Shown piece by piece: positions 9,246 to 20,210 of a DNA stretch of 64,000 bases. The position numbers and the translations under genes were made by a program. Origin of the DNA: Candidatus Margulisiibacteriota bacterium. GTDB lineage: Bacteria; Margulisbacteria; WOR-1; JAHJIW01. The stretch lies in NCBI GenBank assembly GCA_018823125.1, contig JAHJIW010000010.1, forward strand, positions 93,396 to 157,395. The letters are read 5' to 3'. Under the pieces are notes generated by a model. It saw only the letters and a program-made list of their open reading frames with translations. It did no database searches and was not told the origin of the DNA. Numbering within the stretch: position 1 is the stretch's first letter; each line of letters begins with the position of its first letter.

Positions 9246-11027
9246 TTATTGTTCAATCCGGCGCTGCAGCGCATTATATTCTTCTTTAATTTCTTTGGGT
9301 AAATCTTTGCCAAACTTCTTAAAAAACTCGCCTATATTCTCCAGTTCTTTTTTCCATTCTTTTTTATCAACGTGCAGTAGCTGCTGCATAGTTTTTGGAT
9401 CGATATCCAGACCGGTTAAATCTAAGGCATCCGCAGTGGGCACATAGCCAATCGGGGTCTTTTTAGCTTTTCCTTTCCCCTTGCACCGAGCAATAACCCA
9501 CTCTAACACTCTCAAGTTATCACCAAAGCCTGGCCAGATGAAATTGCCGTCTTTATCCTGCTTAAACCAGTTCACGTGGAAAATCTTGGGAGCTTGTTTC
9601 ATTTTTTTACCCATCTTTAACCAGTGTTTAAAATAATCTCCCATGTTATAACCGCAGAAAGGAAGCATCGCCATCGGATCGCGACGGATTTCGCCCTGTT
9701 TACCGTATTGCGCCGCCGTACGCTCAGAAGCCATGGTGGCGCCAACGTAAACCCCGTGCTGCCAGTTTAATGATTCGAAAACTAAAGGTGCTAAGCGGGC
9801 TCTTCTGCCACCAAAAATTATTGCACTAATCGGCACCCCGTGCGGCTGGTTAACTCGATTAGAAACCGTTGGACACTGCTTTAATGGTGCAGTGAAGCGT
9901 GCATTGGGATGAGCTCCATGAACCATTTTTCCTTCTTCGTCCAGCATTCCCGGTCTCCACGCATTACCTTTCCAATCAGTCCCTTCTTCTGGAATATCCC
10001 CGTCCCCACCTTCCCACCAAACGGTTCCGTCCTTTTTTAAAAGAACATTAGTAAAAATTGAATTCTTTTTAACCGAAGCAACTGCATTTGGATTAGTTTT
10101 AGAATTAGTACCAGGCGCCACGCCAAAAAATCCGTTCTCCGGATTAACTGCCCACAGCCTTCCATCCACATCCATTTTCATCCAGGCAATGTCATCCCCT
10201 ACTGTCCAAATCCTATACCCTTTTGCCTTTAGGCCATCCGGCGGAACTAACATGGCCAAATTGGTTTTACCACAGGCACTCGGAAAAGCCGCGGCAATAT
10301 ATTCGATATTTCCGTATGGATCTTCAATTCCCATGATCAGCATGTGTTCGGCCATCCAGTTTTCTTTAGCCGCTAAGTAACTTCCGATACGCAGCGATAA
10401 ACATTTTTTCCCGAGCAACACGTTGCCGCCGTAACCCGAACCAACACTCCAGATAGTATTATCTTCAGGGAAATGCATAATCCAGCGCTTATCAATATCG
10501 AGATCCGCTTTACCGTGCAAACATTTCGTAAACTCGCCGTCTTTTCCTAATACATCCAACACTTCCTGTCCGGCGCGGGTCATAATCAACATATTTAGCA
10601 CAACATAGATACTATCGGTCAACTCAACCCCGATTTTACTGAAAGGCGAACCAACCGGACCCATGGAGAACGGGATCACGTACATGGTGTGGCCTTTCAT
10701 TGAACCTTTAAATATCGCTCGGGCTTTAGCATAAGCATCCTTAGGCAGCATCCAATGGTTGGTAGGCCCCGCATCTCTCTTTTTAGAAGTACAAATTAAT
10801 GTTAGTTTTTCGGTGCGGGCCACATCATTTAAGGCGGTGCGGTGATAAAAACATCCCGGCATTTGTTTCTGATTAAGTTCAATTATTTCGCCGGCTTTAC
10901 AGGCTTCCTTTTCCAGTTGGTGTTTTTGCTTTTCTGATCCGTCGATCCAAACGATTTTGTCAGGCTTACAAAGCTCGGCACATTTTTTTACCCAGGCATT
11001 TAATTTCTTATTTTTTGATTGTGTCAT
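9246..11027 (-). CDS. pckG: GTP-dependent phosphoenolpyruvate carboxykinase
   Basis: GSGYGGN, KKCLSLR, FPSACGKTN, VGDDIAW, NPENGFFGVAPGT, HPNARF. Confidence 0.96.
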   Translation of the reverse strand: MTQSKNKKLNAWVKKCAELCKPDKIVWIDGSEKQKHQLEKEACKAGEIIELNQKQMPGCFYHRTALNDVARTEKLTLICTSKKRDAGPTNHWMLPKDAYAKARAIFKGSMKGHTMYVIPFSMGPVGSPFSKIGVELTDSIYVVLNMLIMTRAGQEVLDVLGKDGEFTKCLHGKADLDIDKRWIMHFPEDNTIWSVGSGYGGNVLLGKKCLSLRIGSYLAAKENWMAEHMLIMGIEDPYGNIEYIAAAFPSACGKTNLAMLVPPDGLKAKGYRIWTVGDDIAWMKMDVDGRLWAVNPENGFFGVAPGTNSKTNPNAVASVKKNSIFTNVLLKKDGTVWWEGGDGDIPEEGTDWKGNAWRPGMLDEEGKMVHGAHPNARFTAPLKQCPTVSNRVNQPHGVPISAIIFGGRRARLAPLVFESLNWQHGVYVGATMASERTAAQYGKQGEIRRDPMAMLPFCGYNMGDYFKHWLKMGKKMKQAPKIFHVNWFKQDKDGNFIWPGFGDNLRVLEWVIARCKGKGKAKKTPIGYVPTADALDLTGLDIDPKTMQQLLHVDKKEWKKELENIGEFFKKFGKDLPKEIKEEYNALQRRIEQ

Positions 11028-11103
11028 AAGTCACCCTTCCCATTTTTTGGTAAACCTTTCCCCTTCCACTGATTGCTAGGGAATTTGCTTTAAAGATATC
11101 ATT

Positions 11104-11133
11104 ATTATACTGATTCTTATATATGTATGTCAA
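11104..11133 (-). promoter_or_regulatory. sigma70 promoter of pckG
   Basis: Perfect TTGACA-N18-TATAAT. Confidence 0.7.
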
Positions 11134-11222
11134 AAGTTAAAATTGGGTGTAAAGATATTCCACCTTATTCCGCTGCAGTGTAAAAAATAGGATCAGCAAC
11201 TTCTTGGAAATTACCGGCTAAA

Positions 11223-14200
11223 TCAATAATAATCTTGCAGCGCTTTTACTTTAAATCCTTTTTTCTTAGTGGCTTCTAAACCACTGACCGTAGCCTGCGC
11301 TCCGGATAATGTAGTAATGATCGGAACCATGTGCATAATTGCCCCGGAACGAATTTTAGTTTCATCAACTTTGGTCCTTTTATCCCCCGGCGTATTTACA
11401 ATAATATGCACTTCATTATTTTTTATCAAATCCAGCACATCCGGACGCCCTTCCCCAATTTTAGCCACCACTTCGATTTCTAATCCATTTTTGCGCAGGA
11501 CTTCGCCGGTACCTTCGGTGGTAACAATCTTATAGCCCAAGGCATCAAAGCTTTTTGCAATGCTGACGATCTTTCTTTTATCCCGGTCATTAACCGAAAT
11601 GAAAACTTTGCCTTCCAAGGGAAGTTTTTGGCCGGCACCAATCTGAGCTTTAATATAAGCTACCCCCAGATCCGGGTCAATTCCCATGACTTCTCCAGTA
11701 GATTTCATTTCCGGACCTAAAATGGGGTCTACTCCCGGAAAACGGTTGAACGGAAAGACTGCTTCTTTAACCGAAAAGTGCTCGGGAACAACTTCTTTAT
11801 CCACTCCGAGCTCTTTCAACGTTTTTCCCAGCATGACTTTAGTTGCGATATTGGCCCACGAAACCCCAGTTGCTTTAGCAATAAAAGGAACGGTTCGCGA
11901 AGCACGCGGGTTTACTTCGAGAACATATAATTTTGAACCCTTGACCGCATATTGAATATTCATCAAACCTTTTACCTTTAATTCTTTAGCCAAAGCATGG
12001 GTAGCTTTGCGGATTTCGTTTAATACAGTTTTACTGAGAGAAAAAGTTGGGATGGCACAGGCTGAATCACCGGAATGGATTCCGGCTTCTTCGATATGCT
12101 CCATAATTCCACAAATCATCGAATCTTCACCATCCGCCACGCAATCAACGTCAACCTCAATTGCATCTTCCAAAAACTTATCAACTAAGATCGGTCGATC
12201 AGGTGAGGCCACCACTGCTTTTTGCATATATTCTTCCAGGTCAACTTCATCGTAAACAATCATCATCGCCCGGCCGCCCAATACGTAAGAAGGCCGCACC
12301 ACTACCGGATAGCCAATCCGGTCGGCAACCGTTTTTGCTTCTTCAAAAGAAATGGCGGTATCATTTTCGGGCTGAGTTAGTTTTAATTTTTTCAATAACT
12401 TTTGAAAACGTTTGCGGTCTTCAGCCATATCAATGGAATCAACTGAGGTTCCCAAAATGGGAACTCCCGCTTCCTGTAAGGAATGCGCCAAATTAAGCGG
12501 GGTTTGTCCGCCAAACTGAACAATTACTCCTTCCGGTTTTTCGGCTTCTACAATGGTTAATACGTCTTCGCGGGTTAGCGGCTCGAAGTACAAACGGTCG
12601 GAAGTATCAAAGTCGGTGGATACCGTTTCGGGATTTGAATTTACCATGATCGCTTCCAGTCCTTCTTCTTTAATCGCGTAAGAGGCATGGACACAGCAGT
12701 AATCAAATTCAATTCCCTGACCAATACGATTTGGTCCACCGCCTAAAACCATAATTTTTCGTTTGTTGCTTGCCCGGCACTCATTTTTTCCCTTATCAAA
12801 AGTCGAATAAAAATATGGTTTTTCGGGACTAACCTCTCCGCCGCAAGTATCAACCAGCTTGTACCCGGCGGTAATGTCTTTTTCTTTTCTTAGGTTATAT
12901 ACTTCAATTTCGCTGGACTTGGTCAAATGCGCAATCTGAATATCAGAAAAGCCCATCCCCTTAGCTTCGGCCAGGAGTTTTAAGGGTAATTCTTTTAGTT
13001 TGTATTTAACCACTTTTCCCTCCATTTCAACGATCTGGCGCATTTGATCCACAAACCAGACATCAATCTTAGAATGATCATAGATTTCCTGATTGGTCAT
13101 ACCTTTCTTGACTGCATAGCGCACCCAGAAAATCCGGTCCGGACCCGGAATGGTTAATTTTTGCTTAATTAATTCAATATCTTCAGAAAGTTCAGGTGGA
13201 ACATCGTTGCCATCGGCACCCAAGCCATAACGTTTATATTCAAGCGAACGAATTCCTTTTTGTAAGGATTCTTTAAAGGTACGGCCAATCGACATCGCCT
13301 CACCGACCGCCTTCATGGAAGTGGTTAAAGTTTGGTCCGCGCCCGGAAACTTTTCAAAGGCAAAGCGGCATACCTTAAACACGCAGTAATCAACCGTAGG
13401 CTCAAAGAAAGTATAAGTTTTGCCGGTAACCTGGTTGACTATTTCATCTAAAGATAATCCAATCGCCAGTTTTGCGGCGACCCGCGCAATCGGAAAACCG
13501 GTGGCCTTGGAAGCCAAAGCCGATGATCGGGATACCCGCGGATTTATTTCAATAACTCTAATTTCCCCGTTAACCGGACTGACAGCAAATTGAATATTGG
13601 TTCCACCGCCGTTAATTCCGGTGGCCCGGATAATTTTTTTACACCAGTTTTCCAGGTTCATAAATTCTTCGGTAGTTAAACTTTGCGCCGGAGCAACTAC
13701 AATTGAATCACCGGTATGAATTCCCATGGCATCCACATTTTCCATCGAAGTAACAATGATCACGTTATCTTTACAGTCGCGAATAACTTCAAATTCAACC
13801 TCTTTCCATCCTAAAACCGATTCTTCAACCAAAACCTGTTTTAAGGGTGAAACTTCCAGCGCATATTCCACGGCTTTCTTTAATTCTTCAACGTTATATA
13901 CGCAGGCACCACCCGCTCCACCCATGGTAAAGGCCGGCCGCAAAATCAGCGGAAAACCCAGTTTTTCTCCGAGCGCCATGCCTTCATCAACTGAAGTGGC
14001 AATGCCGGATTCCGGCACGCCTAAACCAATACTTTTCATAGTATCTTTAAATTTTTGGCGGTCTTCCGCACGTTCAATGGCTTCAGCATCGGCGCCAATA
14101 ACTTCTACGCCGTATTTCTTTAAAATTCCGGCACGGGATAAAAAGAAGCCCATATTTAATCCGGTTTGTCCGCCTAAAGTTGAAAGCAGTGCATCCGGTT

Positions 14201-14444
14201 TTTCTTTTGCAATGATCTTTTCGATAAAGATCGGATCCAGCGGTTCGATGTAGGTACGATCCGCCATTCCCGGATCGGTCATGATGGTGGCCGGATTAGA
14301 ATTAACCAGCACCGTCTCATACCCCTCCTCCCGCAAAGCCTTACAGGCTTGCGACCCCGAATAATCAAACTCACAGGCCTGCCCAATTACAATTGGTCCG
14401 GAACTTATGATTAATATCTTTTTAATGTCGGTTCGTTTTGGCAT
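11223..14444 (-). CDS. carB: carbamoyl-phosphate synthase large subunit
   Basis: MPKRTDIKKILI, GQACEFDYSG, duplicated ATP-grasp domains, C-terminal MGS domain. Confidence 0.97.
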   Translation of the reverse strand: MPKRTDIKKILIISSGPIVIGQACEFDYSGSQACKALREEGYETVLVNSNPATIMTDPGMADRTYIEPLDPIFIEKIIAKEKPDALLSTLGGQTGLNMGFFLSRAGILKKYGVEVIGADAEAIERAEDRQKFKDTMKSIGLGVPESGIATSVDEGMALGEKLGFPLILRPAFTMGGAGGACVYNVEELKKAVEYALEVSPLKQVLVEESVLGWKEVEFEVIRDCKDNVIIVTSMENVDAMGIHTGDSIVVAPAQSLTTEEFMNLENWCKKIIRATGINGGGTNIQFAVSPVNGEIRVIEINPRVSRSSALASKATGFPIARVAAKLAIGLSLDEIVNQVTGKTYTFFEPTVDYCVFKVCRFAFEKFPGADQTLTTSMKAVGEAMSIGRTFKESLQKGIRSLEYKRYGLGADGNDVPPELSEDIELIKQKLTIPGPDRIFWVRYAVKKGMTNQEIYDHSKIDVWFVDQMRQIVEMEGKVVKYKLKELPLKLLAEAKGMGFSDIQIAHLTKSSEIEVYNLRKEKDITAGYKLVDTCGGEVSPEKPYFYSTFDKGKNECRASNKRKIMVLGGGPNRIGQGIEFDYCCVHASYAIKEEGLEAIMVNSNPETVSTDFDTSDRLYFEPLTREDVLTIVEAEKPEGVIVQFGGQTPLNLAHSLQEAGVPILGTSVDSIDMAEDRKRFQKLLKKLKLTQPENDTAISFEEAKTVADRIGYPVVVRPSYVLGGRAMMIVYDEVDLEEYMQKAVVASPDRPILVDKFLEDAIEVDVDCVADGEDSMICGIMEHIEEAGIHSGDSACAIPTFSLSKTVLNEIRKATHALAKELKVKGLMNIQYAVKGSKLYVLEVNPRASRTVPFIAKATGVSWANIATKVMLGKTLKELGVDKEVVPEHFSVKEAVFPFNRFPGVDPILGPEMKSTGEVMGIDPDLGVAYIKAQIGAGQKLPLEGKVFISVNDRDKRKIVSIAKSFDALGYKIVTTEGTGEVLRKNGLEIEVVAKIGEGRPDVLDLIKNNEVHIIVNTPGDKRTKVDETKIRSGAIMHMVPIITTLSGAQATVSGLEATKKKGFKVKALQDYY

Positions 14445-14457
14445 TTTTTATTCCCCC

Positions 14458-15474
14458 CTATACATATTTATAATTAGGATCCAGTTTTGAGCGCTCATCA
14501 ATCGGGAAATACAGGGTGCCTACGCATTGCCCGTCTTTGGTTTGAAATTTTTCAATAGTTTTATCATTTAAATTTTCATGGACAACCTTGACCTTAGTTG
14601 ATACCTGATCAACGCCAAACGAGTGATTCTGCATCGAGATCTCTCCGTTGCCGGTTTTCGGATCAACCACCGGATAATTTACCCCGTGATGACCAACTTT
14701 CATTTTAGAAACCGTGCACCCTAATGCCAGCGCCAAAACACAGGCACCGTTTTGAATTCCGTAAATTGGTATTTCTCCAATTAATTTTTTTACTTCTTCA
14801 ACCGTTTTGGTTAGCCTGGTCGGATCTCCTGGTCCGGAAGAAATCACAACCTGGGAAGGTTTTTTAGCTAATATATCTTCAGCGGTAGTATTATATGAAA
14901 CGACCGCCGCATCCGGATATTTCGCCAGCGTACTATTATTGACTCCCAAATTAATGATTATGGTTTTTGCCTTTGCATCCTGGGACTTAATCTTTAAATG
15001 CTGTACTTCTTTGACTAAATCCGGCACTGCATAGGCTTTGGCTTTTTTTACCAGGCAGTCTTTATCAAAATCGGTAGTAGAAACTATTCCCCGCATCTCC
15101 CCGTTATCGCGGATATATACGGTCACCGCCTGGGTATCAATGCCTTCAATCCCAATCACATTATTTTTTTTCATAAAGTCAGCCAGTGATTCCTTGGCCT
15201 GCCAGTTGCTGTAAATTCTGCTGTTTTCTTTTACAATTAAAGCCGACGCATGGGTTTTATTGGATTCATTACAACGATCATTAATCCCGTAATTTCCAAT
15301 CAATGGGTAACCCATCGACACCAGCTTTCCCCGGTAGGCCGGATCAGTTAATATCTCCTGATAGCCCACTACTTGCGTATTAAATACCACTTCACCCGCC
15401 ACTTCCCCTTCGGCCCCAAAAGAAGTTCCCTTAAAAGTTGTTCCATCTTCTAAAACTAAAATCGCTTTTTTCAT
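14458..15474 (-). CDS. carA: carbamoyl-phosphate synthase small subunit homologue with a degenerate glutaminase site
   Basis: N-terminal domain AILVLEDG, GEVVFNT, GYQEILTDP, YPLIGNYG; canonical GICLGHQ reads GIQNGAC and QYHPE reads LYFPI; start placed at ATG 15474 after AGGGGG. Confidence 0.88.
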   Translation of the reverse strand: MKKAILVLEDGTTFKGTSFGAEGEVAGEVVFNTQVVGYQEILTDPAYRGKLVSMGYPLIGNYGINDRCNESNKTHASALIVKENSRIYSNWQAKESLADFMKKNNVIGIEGIDTQAVTVYIRDNGEMRGIVSTTDFDKDCLVKKAKAYAVPDLVKEVQHLKIKSQDAKAKTIIINLGVNNSTLAKYPDAAVVSYNTTAEDILAKKPSQVVISSGPGDPTRLTKTVEEVKKLIGEIPIYGIQNGACVLALALGCTVSKMKVGHHGVNYPVVDPKTGNGEISMQNHSFGVDQVSTKVKVVHENLNDKTIEKFQTKDGQCVGTLYFPIDERSKLDPNYKYV

Positions 15475-15504
15475 CTTTTTCCGCCCCCTTATAGTAAAAT
15501 GGCC

Positions 15505-15532
15505 AAAAAAAAAGACGTCCTGCGACGTCTTT
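15505..15532 (-). terminator. intrinsic terminator upstream of carA
   Basis: AAAGACGTC-GCAG-GACGTCTTT stem with a run of 9 U, ending about 30 nt before the carA ATG. Confidence 0.8.
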
Positions 15533-15551
15533 GTCAATCTCTAAACCGTTA
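15524..15551 (-). promoter_or_regulatory. candidate ANTAR-binding twin-hairpin RNA site
   Basis: P2 is GAC-AAAGAC-GUC (hexaloop with A1/G4, C-G closing pair) and overlaps the terminator 5' arm; weak P1 UA-ACGGUU-UA lies 6 nt upstream. Confidence 0.6.
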
Positions 15552-15579
15552 TTTTACCAAATTTTTAACCTTAAGTCAA
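15551..15579 (-). promoter_or_regulatory. sigma70 promoter of carAB
   Basis: TTGACT-N17-TAAAAT. Confidence 0.65.
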
Positions 15580-15581
15580 TT

Positions 15582-16010
15582 TCAGACTTCATAAGCCCCT
15601 AAAATCGATTCTGCAACCTGGCGCATTGATTTTCTCCTGCTCATACTCTGTTCCTGCAGCTTTCGATAAGCTTCGGTAGGCCGGATATCAAATTGCGCCA
15701 TCAATATCTCCTTGGCTCGCTCAATAATTTTGCGGTCTTCGAGCTGACGCTGAAGCTCTTTTACCTGCTTTTTAAGCTTAGCATTTTCTAGCTCTAGAAC
15801 GCGAAAATTCGCCTTCTTTTGCTTAGCTAAACTATAGCAGGTTGCCCGGGCATGCCCCTCCATTTTGACCATATTATTTTTAATCAAAGGTATCATCAGC
15901 TGATTAAGCCGGGCGCGAGATATACCCAGTCGCTCCACCAGCTGCCGGCTAAAAGTATACGGATACTCTCTTAAAATATTTATTATTTCTTCCTGGCGGG
16001 AGTTTAACAT
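15582..16010 (-). CDS. winged-HTH + coiled-coil + ANTAR domain regulator
   Basis: N-terminal HTH (RQLVERLGISRARLNQL...ARATCYSL); C-terminal RKIIERAKEILM...EAYRKLQEQSMSRRKSMRQVAESIL ANTAR signature. Confidence 0.85.
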   Translation of the reverse strand: MLNSRQEEIINILREYPYTFSRQLVERLGISRARLNQLMIPLIKNNMVKMEGHARATCYSLAKQKKANFRVLELENAKLKKQVKELQRQLEDRKIIERAKEILMAQFDIRPTEAYRKLQEQSMSRRKSMRQVAESILGAYEV

Positions 16011-16016
16011 AGGGGC

Positions 16017-16046
16017 ATTATAACAAAATCGTCAAGGAATCGTCAA
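16017..16046 (-). promoter_or_regulatory. leaderless sigma70 promoter containing a TTGACGATT direct repeat
   Basis: TTGACG-N18-TATAAT with TGn extension, 6 nt to ATG; TTGACGATT at 16038-16046 and 16027-16035. Confidence 0.65.
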
Positions 16047-16112
16047 TGGAGCACTAGCCTAACTAATCCGGGCCAATTTGATCAGTTTGGAATATATCTT
16101 TAAGCAGGAAAT

Positions 16113-16922
16113 TTAGCCCCGTTTGTGTCTTGTAACATCCCTTACCGTAGCAATAAAAGCCTTGGGTCGCCCAAAAGAATCCTTGATTAAGGCGGCATTC
16201 AATTCCCCGAGAAAGCGTGACCCGTCTTTTCTAAGCAGCGTATAGGTTAAGTTACGCACCAACCCCTCCTCTAAGGTTCTTTCCAGATTTTTTTTAGCTC
16301 TGGCATGGTCCTCTGGAGCAATAAGATCAAAAGCACTTCTACCAATCAGCTCATCAGCACTGCTATAACCATGTAATTTATAGGTTTGCGCAGAAACCTC
16401 AATCACGTGTCCCTCCAGATCAGTAACCGTAATCGCTTCCGGAGAGGTTTTAAGCATGGAGCGATATAATTCTTCAGATTCGGATAACACTTTTTCCGCC
16501 TGCTTGCGCTCTGTAATGTCCATTAACGATAAAAAATAACCAATGATATTTCCTTGTTCGTCTTTGCGGGCTAAAGTAGAAATACTAAAATCAATTATAT
16601 TCCCGCTTTTGGTAACCAGGGTAGATTCCCGGTTTTTCACAAAGCCTTTTTTAAGGGTTTCTTTTTGTACTTCTTCAATCACCCGGGTTTCCGGAAAACA
16701 TTCCGCCAGACTTTGACCAATAATAACGTCGGGGGAATAGCCGAGCAGTTCGGGCAGAGTTTCGTCTACATCTAAAATTACCCCCAGCGGATTAACGTAA
16801 GCCATCGGAATCGGCAGGAATTTCCACATGTCACGAATGTAGCTTTCCAGATCGTAAACATCCTGCTCATATTTTGGGGGCCGATGACGATTATTAAATC
16901 CAGGAAACTTTATATTCATCAT
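16113..16922 (-). CDS. tandem PAS-PAC protein without an output domain
   Basis: Two PAS/PAC repeats (LGYSPDVIIGQSL...LMDITERKQAE; LHGYSSADELIGRS...VRDVTRHK); start uncertain because it overlaps the upstream gene. Confidence 0.75.
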   Translation of the reverse strand: MMNIKFPGFNNRHRPPKYEQDVYDLESYIRDMWKFLPIPMAYVNPLGVILDVDETLPELLGYSPDVIIGQSLAECFPETRVIEEVQKETLKKGFVKNRESTLVTKSGNIIDFSISTLARKDEQGNIIGYFLSLMDITERKQAEKVLSESEELYRSMLKTSPEAITVTDLEGHVIEVSAQTYKLHGYSSADELIGRSAFDLIAPEDHARAKKNLERTLEEGLVRNLTYTLLRKDGSRFLGELNAALIKDSFGRPKAFIATVRDVTRHKRG

Positions 16923-17490
16923 ACGGATCTCCTCGATAAGAACATTTAATTTGCTGACTGCTTACTTCCTTATCCGGAAGTGCAAATTGAATAATGCGGG
17001 AAAAATAACCTTCGATATATTTACAAAAAACCGGCAAAAACTTAATGCCCTCCAACCGGATGTTAACATACTTTTTCTCTTCACTATAATCTGCAATCAC
17101 GAGCTCACCGGCAGAATAGTGTTTGGGCCAATAGAGAGGCGCGGACTTGACAGTCTGCTCTAAGCTGATGAAATAACGCATTAGAATTTTTACCATAAAA
17201 GAAAACTTGGGCGCCATATTGCCCATCGCCTTCACTGCGGCATCATCCCAATTAAAAGTATCCTTAATCACCATTAAGGAAAGACCTCGCAACCCCATCG
17301 GATACCACCCCATAGCCTTAACCTTTTCAAATTCGATCGGATATCCGAGCTGCTTTAAGTTTTCTTCTACTTTTTTTAAGCCTTCTTCCCCATACTTAAT
17401 TTTAAGGTAGGTCGCATCCGTCTGGAAAACTACCCCGCGGACCTCACCCTTCATTTTCATTATATCGTCGGCTTCTTTTTTGGTAAGCAT
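16894..17490 (-). CDS. hypothetical protein, V4R / DUF2378-like
   Basis: GEVRGVVF, WYPMG, YWPKHYSAGEL, YIEGYF, KCSYRGDPYDEYKVSW resembles V4R-type ligand-binding folds; GAGG RBS before ATG 17490. Confidence 0.55.
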   Translation of the reverse strand: MLTKKEADDIMKMKGEVRGVVFQTDATYLKIKYGEEGLKKVEENLKQLGYPIEFEKVKAMGWYPMGLRGLSLMVIKDTFNWDDAAVKAMGNMAPKFSFMVKILMRYFISLEQTVKSAPLYWPKHYSAGELVIADYSEEKKYVNIRLEGIKFLPVFCKYIEGYFSRIIQFALPDKEVSSQQIKCSYRGDPYDEYKVSWI

Positions 17491-17568
17491 AGCAGACACC
17501 TCTATAGCAGCAAAATTATCACATATAACAATTATGTCAAGGATAAAAGCGAGAAAAACCTATTAAAT

Positions 17569-19142
<1,574 letters not shown>

Positions 19143-19154
19143 AAACTTTCCTCC

Positions 19155-20144
19155 TTAGCGTTTGATAAGCTCGTTAAATTTCTTTAGGCGGTTATACTCC
19201 ACCAGCGTCACTAAAGCTTTACTTTCGGTTTTAATGCCACATTCTTCGCAGGCCGCCACCGGATTAAGACCTCCCGGAACTACCAGCCCAACTTTTTCTA
19301 TCCCAACCGGCATACCTAAAACCGGCTCTTCTTCCTTACCTATATATAAGGCCCCGCCAAAACCAGCGGCTTCCGCTTTTTCTAACACTGACTCGACATC
19401 CTGCTTGGATACCGCTGGAATCTCGCGCAGTCCGGCTAATATTTTCCCCGAACCCTTAACGGCATCTCTGACACTGGTCATTTTACTTCTGATAAAAATT
19501 TCATGGGGATCCAAGGTTGACCCCGAATATCTAATTAAATCCGTAAAACGCAACGGTTTTCCCTTTTCGATCTGTAAAATTCCACCAAACTTAGAGTCCA
19601 GCGGAATCGAATGTTTTAATAATATGCCATTCAAGTTAATCGTGCATAAGGAGCCAAAACAAATTTTTCCCTGCGGAACAACCATGTCCCCTACTTCTTC
19701 GCCGGCTTCCGCCACCAATACCCGGTCGCCCATCCCCAATTTTTTCTTAAAAACATCCCGCATGATTTTCAAAGCGCCTTTAAAATCATTTTTATTAAAT
19801 AAAGAAATATTTAATATTACTTTCCCACTTTTTGTATTGAGATCGAAATCCATTAAATAAGCTTTGGATTCAATGCGCGAGCTAACCAAACCTACTTTTT
19901 CTGATACCCAAGCATTAGCTAGTTCTTCTTTTCCCATTTTAGTGATGGTTCTCCCTTCTTTCCAGGTTGACTCAGTTAGCTTTTGTTCATCCATAATTTT
20001 TAAGTGATAGCGCACCGCACGCTCCGTTAAATCGATCCCAAATTCCTTTAGTCGATCAGAAATATCCTTAGACCCCACCGGCTCACTCGACTCAGCGATA
20101 ATTCTTAAAATTGCGCTGGTTTTTCTTTCCATGTCTGCTGTCAT
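19155..20144 (-). CDS. nrpR: NrpR family nitrogen repressor (wHTH + one NrpR/DUF128 domain)
   Basis: ERAVRYHLKIMDE HTH, GRTITKMGKEEL, CTINLNGILLKHSIP, GGLNPVAA; start placed at ATG 20144 after AAGGAG. Confidence 0.88.
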   Translation of the reverse strand: MTADMERKTSAILRIIAESSEPVGSKDISDRLKEFGIDLTERAVRYHLKIMDEQKLTESTWKEGRTITKMGKEELANAWVSEKVGLVSSRIESKAYLMDFDLNTKSGKVILNISLFNKNDFKGALKIMRDVFKKKLGMGDRVLVAEAGEEVGDMVVPQGKICFGSLCTINLNGILLKHSIPLDSKFGGILQIEKGKPLRFTDLIRYSGSTLDPHEIFIRSKMTSVRDAVKGSGKILAGLREIPAVSKQDVESVLEKAEAAGFGGALYIGKEEEPVLGMPVGIEKVGLVVPGGLNPVAACEECGIKTESKALVTLVEYNRLKKFNELIKR

Positions 20145-20153
20145 AAATTCTCC

Positions 20154-20210
20154 TTGACTTACGGCAATCACTTACCGTATAATCATAACTAAGTTTACTG
20201 CAATTGTAAA
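20154..20210. promoter_or_regulatory. overlapping divergent nrpR/gdhA promoters with a TACGG-N10-CCGTA inverted repeat
   Basis: Plus strand TTGACT(20154)-N18-TATAAT(20178); minus strand TTTACA(20210)-N17-TATGAT(20187); inverted repeat at 20160-20179. Confidence 0.65.

Noticed and set aside
11030-11095. Structured pckG leader (TTCCCT...AGGGAA hairpin)
   Set aside because: A 6-bp stem with no U-tract and no recognisable riboswitch; not enough support.
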